64,000 bases of DNA from assembly GCA_963707215.1 (NCBI GenBank), contig CAVPPB010000001.1:736001-800000 (forward strand). The letters run 5' to 3'. The notes under the pieces are model-generated. The model was not told the DNA's origin and did no database searches. It saw nothing but the letters and a program-made list of their open reading frames with translations. Position 1 is the stretch's first letter, and each line of letters begins with the position of its first letter. This document shows positions 58,229 through 64,000 of this stretch, in pieces. The position numbers and the translations under genes were made by a program. Source of the stretch: an uncultured Chloroflexia bacterium (GTDB taxonomy: Bacteria; Chloroflexota; Limnocylindria; Limnocylindrales; CSP1-4).

Positions 58229-58914
58229 GGCTTGTCCCCCTCTTGGAGCTCCCGGGCGAACGCGATGAGGCGCTCGACCCGCCTGTTCTGGTGGCGTGTC
58301 AGCGGCCGCCGGACGTGCAGCTCGACGCCCGGCTCGACGACGATCCGCTCCCACTGGGAGCGCTCGGGCGTGGCCGGCCGGGCCGGTGTGGCCGGCCGGG
58401 CCGGCAGGGTCGCCTGGGCCTCGGCCACGGTCGCGGACTCGATCCGCTGCAGCAGGGACGGCGGCCTTGCGGCACCGGCAGCGGTCTCGGTCTCGGGTGG
58501 TTCGCCCAGGGCCGGGGGCGGCTCCTCGGCCAGGCGCATCGCCAGTGGGGCCGGGGCCGGCATCGACGGTCGGGCCGCGTCCACCGGCGACCCCTCGGCG
58601 CCACCGAGCAGCGATCGAACGTACTCGAGCGCGCTGTCGGGCGGCTGGAGCGTGGGCGTCTGCGTCAGGGCGATCGCCTCGTCGTCGGTCAGCTCGGCCA
58701 GGCGGCCCCGGATCTCGGCCAGCGGCAGGTGCGCAGCCCGGAGCTGTCGGATCAGGCGGAGCCGCGCGGTGAACCCGTCGTCGTAGCGGGTGGACGGGCC
58801 CTCCCGCCCCGGCGCCGGCAGCAGTCCCTGGGCGATGTAGTAGCGGATCGTCCGCACGGGGACGTCGACGAGAGCGGAGAGCTCGCTGAGGGTGAGGCCG
58901 GCATCGGGTGGCAT
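58225..58914 (-). CDS. MerR-family HTH regulator
   Basis: LSELSALVDVPVRTIRYYIAQGLLPAP..Y..RLRLIRQL..LPLAEI. Confidence 0.88.
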   Translation of the reverse strand: MPPDAGLTLSELSALVDVPVRTIRYYIAQGLLPAPGREGPSTRYDDGFTARLRLIRQLRAAHLPLAEIRGRLAELTDDEAIALTQTPTLQPPDSALEYVRSLLGGAEGSPVDAARPSMPAPAPLAMRLAEEPPPALGEPPETETAAGAARPPSLLQRIESATVAEAQATLPARPATPARPATPERSQWERIVVEPGVELHVRRPLTRHQNRRVERLIAFARELQEGDKP

Positions 58915-58921
58915 GGGACAT

Positions 58922-58950
58922 AAGTTAGCAGTCAACATGGTTACTGTCAA
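58922..58950 (-). promoter_or_regulatory. Sigma70-type promoter TTGACA-N17-TAACTT with an inverted repeat across the spacer; likely leaderless merR
   Basis: Minus strand TTGACAGTAACCATGTTGACTGCTAACTT; dyad CAGT(C)AAC..GTT(G)ACTG; ATG 7 nt after the -10 box. Confidence 0.7.
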
Positions 58951-59143
58951 GACTTCTCGATGCCAGGGATCGCTTCGACGGGACGAGGCGCAGTGTTCGG
59001 GGGCGCGACAGACGACCACGACGGACGGGACCTCCCCTCCCATCCGGCCCGGTCGGAGGCGACCTCTTCGGGACCACGGTCCCTTGGCGGCACCCGGCGC
59101 GCCGTGGGATACGAGTGGGGTCATCCCGCAGTCCGGAGCATCG

Positions 59144-59638
59144 ATGGATCCACTGGAGGTCGGAGCGACCTGGCTCCACGCCGTCGCGATGGTGATCGCG
59201 CTCGGCTACTACGCCGTCCTCGGCTGGATCGTCTTGCCGGCCCTGGAACGAGGCGGGGTCGCGGACGCGTCCGTCGTCGCCATCGAGCGCCGGGCCCTCC
59301 CGCTCGTCGCCCTCTCGATCGTCGTCTTCACCGCAAGTGGCCTCTACCTCATGCTCGGCGACGGCCGCTACGCCGGCCCCGGCAACGTGACCGCCTCGAC
59401 CTGGACGATGCTGATGCTCCTGAAGCACGTCGTCGTGGCCGTCATGGTCGGCCTGGGGGTCAGCCTCCACTTCATCGCCACCCGCGGCGAGCGGGACGGC
59501 CCCGCCAGCGAGGCGCTCCAGGCAGGACCCACCCCGGACCCGGGCCGGATCCGGACGATCCGTTGGCTCGCCGACGGCATCGCGATCCTGGGGGCCGTCG
59601 TCCTCCTCCTGACGGCGGCCGCCCAGGTCAGCTCCTGA
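59144..59638 (+). CDS. CopD-like 4-TM membrane protein
   Basis: WLH..A...G, TASGLYL, LLKH pattern. Confidence 0.6.
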   Translation: MDPLEVGATWLHAVAMVIALGYYAVLGWIVLPALERGGVADASVVAIERRALPLVALSIVVFTASGLYLMLGDGRYAGPGNVTASTWTMLMLLKHVVVAVMVGLGVSLHFIATRGERDGPASEALQAGPTPDPGRIRTIRWLADGIAILGAVVLLLTAAAQVSS

Positions 59639-59671
59639 CCAGGCCACGGACACGGCGCAGAATGGCGCGTC

Positions 59672-60937
59672 GTGAAGCGCATCACCATCCTGGCCAGTGG
59701 CACCCGGGGCGACGTCCAGCCGGCGATCGCGCTCGGTAAGGCGCTCGTCCGGGACGGGTACGCCGTTCGCCTCCTCGCCAGCAGCGGGTCCCGCGAGTGG
59801 ATCGAGGGTCACGGGCTGGAGGCGGCCCCGTCCGAGGTGGACATGCAGGCGGTCATGGCCAGCGAAGGGGGCCAGGCCTGGGTCGAGCGCGGCCACGACC
59901 AGCTGGCCCAGCAGCGCCTGATGCGCGACCTCTTCGCCCGGTTCGGGCCGCAGCTCATCCGGGAGGCCTGGGAGGCCAGCCGGGATGCCGACGCGATCAT
60001 CGGCAGCTTCACCTCCGACGCCTACGCGATCGCCTTCGGCGAGCGGCTCGACGTCCCGGTCCTGAGCATGCCCCTCCAGCCGACCCTCATCGCGACCCGG
60101 GACGGCCGGGCCATGACGAGCGCGCCCTTGCCCGGGCGAGTGAGCCGGATCAACGCCTGGTTCGGGCGACTCCTGCTCGAGCCGTTCCCGTGGCGGCTCT
60201 ACGGTGGCGCGGTCAACGACTTCCGCCGGGAGATCGGGCTACCGGTGCAGTCGAACCGGGAGAACGTCGACGCGCGGCGTCGGATGACGATGCTCCACGC
60301 GGTCAGCCGCCACGTCATGCCCCACCCAGCGGACTGGCCCGACCACTTCCACGTGAGCGGCTACTGGTTCCTCGACGAGGACGCGGGTCGGACGCCGCCG
60401 AGCGAGCTCGTCGACTTCCTGGCCGCCGGCGCTCCGCCGGTCGTCATCGGCTTCGGGAGCATGACCGGGAGCGACCCGGAAGGCCTCACCCGCCTCATCG
60501 TGGATGCCGTCCGGGCCAGCGGACGACGAGCCGTGCTGCTCGCGGGCTGGGCCGGGCTCGGCGCCCTGCGGCTCCCACCCGGGATGCTGGCCCTGCCCGC
60601 CGTCCCCCACGCCTGGCTCTTCCCGCGGGCCGCGGCCGTCGTCCACCACGGCGGCGCGGGCACGACGGCGGCCGGGCTTCGGGCCGGGGTCCCCAGCGTC
60701 ATCGTCCCGGCGATGGCCGATCAGCCCTACTGGGGGCGCCGGGTCAGGGCGCTGGGCGTCGGGCCGGCCCCCATCCCCCGCCACCGGCTCACGGCCGAGC
60801 GGCTGGCCGATGCCATCCGGGTCGCCACGAGCGACGAGGTGATGGCCGAACGAGCCCGCGCGCTGGCGGCACGGATCGGCGACGAGGACGGCCCTGGGGC
60901 GGCCGTCGGGATCATCGACGGGGTCGTCGGCAGGTAG
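59672..60937 (+). CDS. Glycosyltransferase family 1 (sterol glucosyltransferase-like)
   Basis: GTRGDVQP, IGFGSM, PHAWLFPR..VHHGGAGTT, DQPYWG. Confidence 0.93.
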   Translation: MKRITILASGTRGDVQPAIALGKALVRDGYAVRLLASSGSREWIEGHGLEAAPSEVDMQAVMASEGGQAWVERGHDQLAQQRLMRDLFARFGPQLIREAWEASRDADAIIGSFTSDAYAIAFGERLDVPVLSMPLQPTLIATRDGRAMTSAPLPGRVSRINAWFGRLLLEPFPWRLYGGAVNDFRREIGLPVQSNRENVDARRRMTMLHAVSRHVMPHPADWPDHFHVSGYWFLDEDAGRTPPSELVDFLAAGAPPVVIGFGSMTGSDPEGLTRLIVDAVRASGRRAVLLAGWAGLGALRLPPGMLALPAVPHAWLFPRAAAVVHHGGAGTTAAGLRAGVPSVIVPAMADQPYWGRRVRALGVGPAPIPRHRLTAERLADAIRVATSDEVMAERARALAARIGDEDGPGAAVGIIDGVVGR

Positions 60938-61010
60938 CGGCGGTCGGACCTCGGCCGTCGGCCACCGGGCGCACCGCGGGCGCCTCGCCCGGCGGCGCCG
61001 TCCCGCTCGG

Positions 61011-61490
61011 TCAGATCGACTTCGGCAGCTGTCCGAAGAGCCCGGCGAGGACCTTCATGAAGCGATGGCCGCCGTCGGAGGTGGGGCCGTACATCAGCGG
61101 GCAACCGCCGGCGATGCAGTCGATGCCGCTCGACCGGCAGAGCTCGTGGGCCTCCTTCGAGACGCTGCCGCCGCCGAACGAGCGGTGCATCCAGACCCGC
61201 TTGATCCCGAGGTCCGCGCACTCCTTGGCGACCGCGGGCGCCACGTCGGGCGCCGTCGCGATGACGACGGCGTCGACGCCGCCGGGGATCGACTTGAGGT
61301 CGTGGTAGCAGGGGTCGCCCTCGACCGTCTCGGCGTTGGGGTTGACGGCGAAGACCTCGTAGCCGCGGGCCTTGAGGCGCAGGTACACGGCGTTGCCGCT
61401 GTGCGCGCCGCCGGTCTGGCGCGAGACGCCGGCGACGGCGATCCGCTTCTGGGCGAGGAAGTCGTCGATGGCCTGGTCGACCGTGGGCAT
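61011..61490 (-). CDS. CoA-binding protein (YccU-like)
   Basis: IAVAGVS, VFAVNP, VDAVVI, VWM, GGCP. Confidence 0.88.
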   Translation of the reverse strand: MPTVDQAIDDFLAQKRIAVAGVSRQTGGAHSGNAVYLRLKARGYEVFAVNPNAETVEGDPCYHDLKSIPGGVDAVVIATAPDVAPAVAKECADLGIKRVWMHRSFGGGSVSKEAHELCRSSGIDCIAGGCPLMYGPTSDGGHRFMKVLAGLFGQLPKSI

Positions 61491-61568
61491 GGCGCGGCTC
61501 CGGGACTACGGGTGCTGACCGGCGTATCGACCGCGAGCGGGCGATCGATCCGCCACGCCTGAGGCTAG

Positions 61569-64000
<2,432 letters not shown>

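Overview
Very GC-rich bacterial DNA. The gene content (Chloroflexota-style CpaF starting MSLLKR, several class III cyclases, LLM/GMC enzymes, GTP-PEPCK, PFOR) suggests Chloroflexota or another high-GC soil lineage; this is inference only. 1-14.2 kb: signalling and metabolic genes, namely a cyclase-STAND-TPR protein, methyltransferase, adenosine deaminase, AlaDH-like enzyme, a TM-YheO-PAS-cyclase facing an orphan CpaF ATPase fused to a RidA-like domain, an alpha/beta hydrolase and three tandem paralogous membrane proteins. 14.3-27.0 kb: a 12-gene LacI-associated catabolic cluster, followed by a candidate ~175-nt structured RNA, alr and pckG. 31.4-54.5 kb: a defence hotspot. Its core is a compositionally distinct ~14-kb operon (vWA/TerY, PP2C, Ser/Thr kinase, UPF1-like helicase, wHTH/HEPN-like protein, coiled-coil McrB, McrC/DUF2357, extra coiled-coil effector) that matches a TerY-P-coupled CoCoNuT-type system and abuts a 5'-truncated SNF2-SWIM gene. 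Two toxin-antitoxin pairs, a UvrD-PD-(D/E)XK helicase-nuclease and a NERD-helicase flank it. 54.6-64 kb: YccF, a DEDD-like exonuclease, MerR-vWA, CopD-like protein, GT1 glycosyltransferase, CoA-binding protein and a partial nifJ. A 22-bp motif occurs four times, once inside a CDS. Many single-base frameshifts at 29-54 kb and 62-64 kb, including in housekeeping genes, look like sequencing/assembly indels, so several CDS boundaries there are reconstructed by eye. No rRNA, tRNA, CRISPR array or transposase was recognised.
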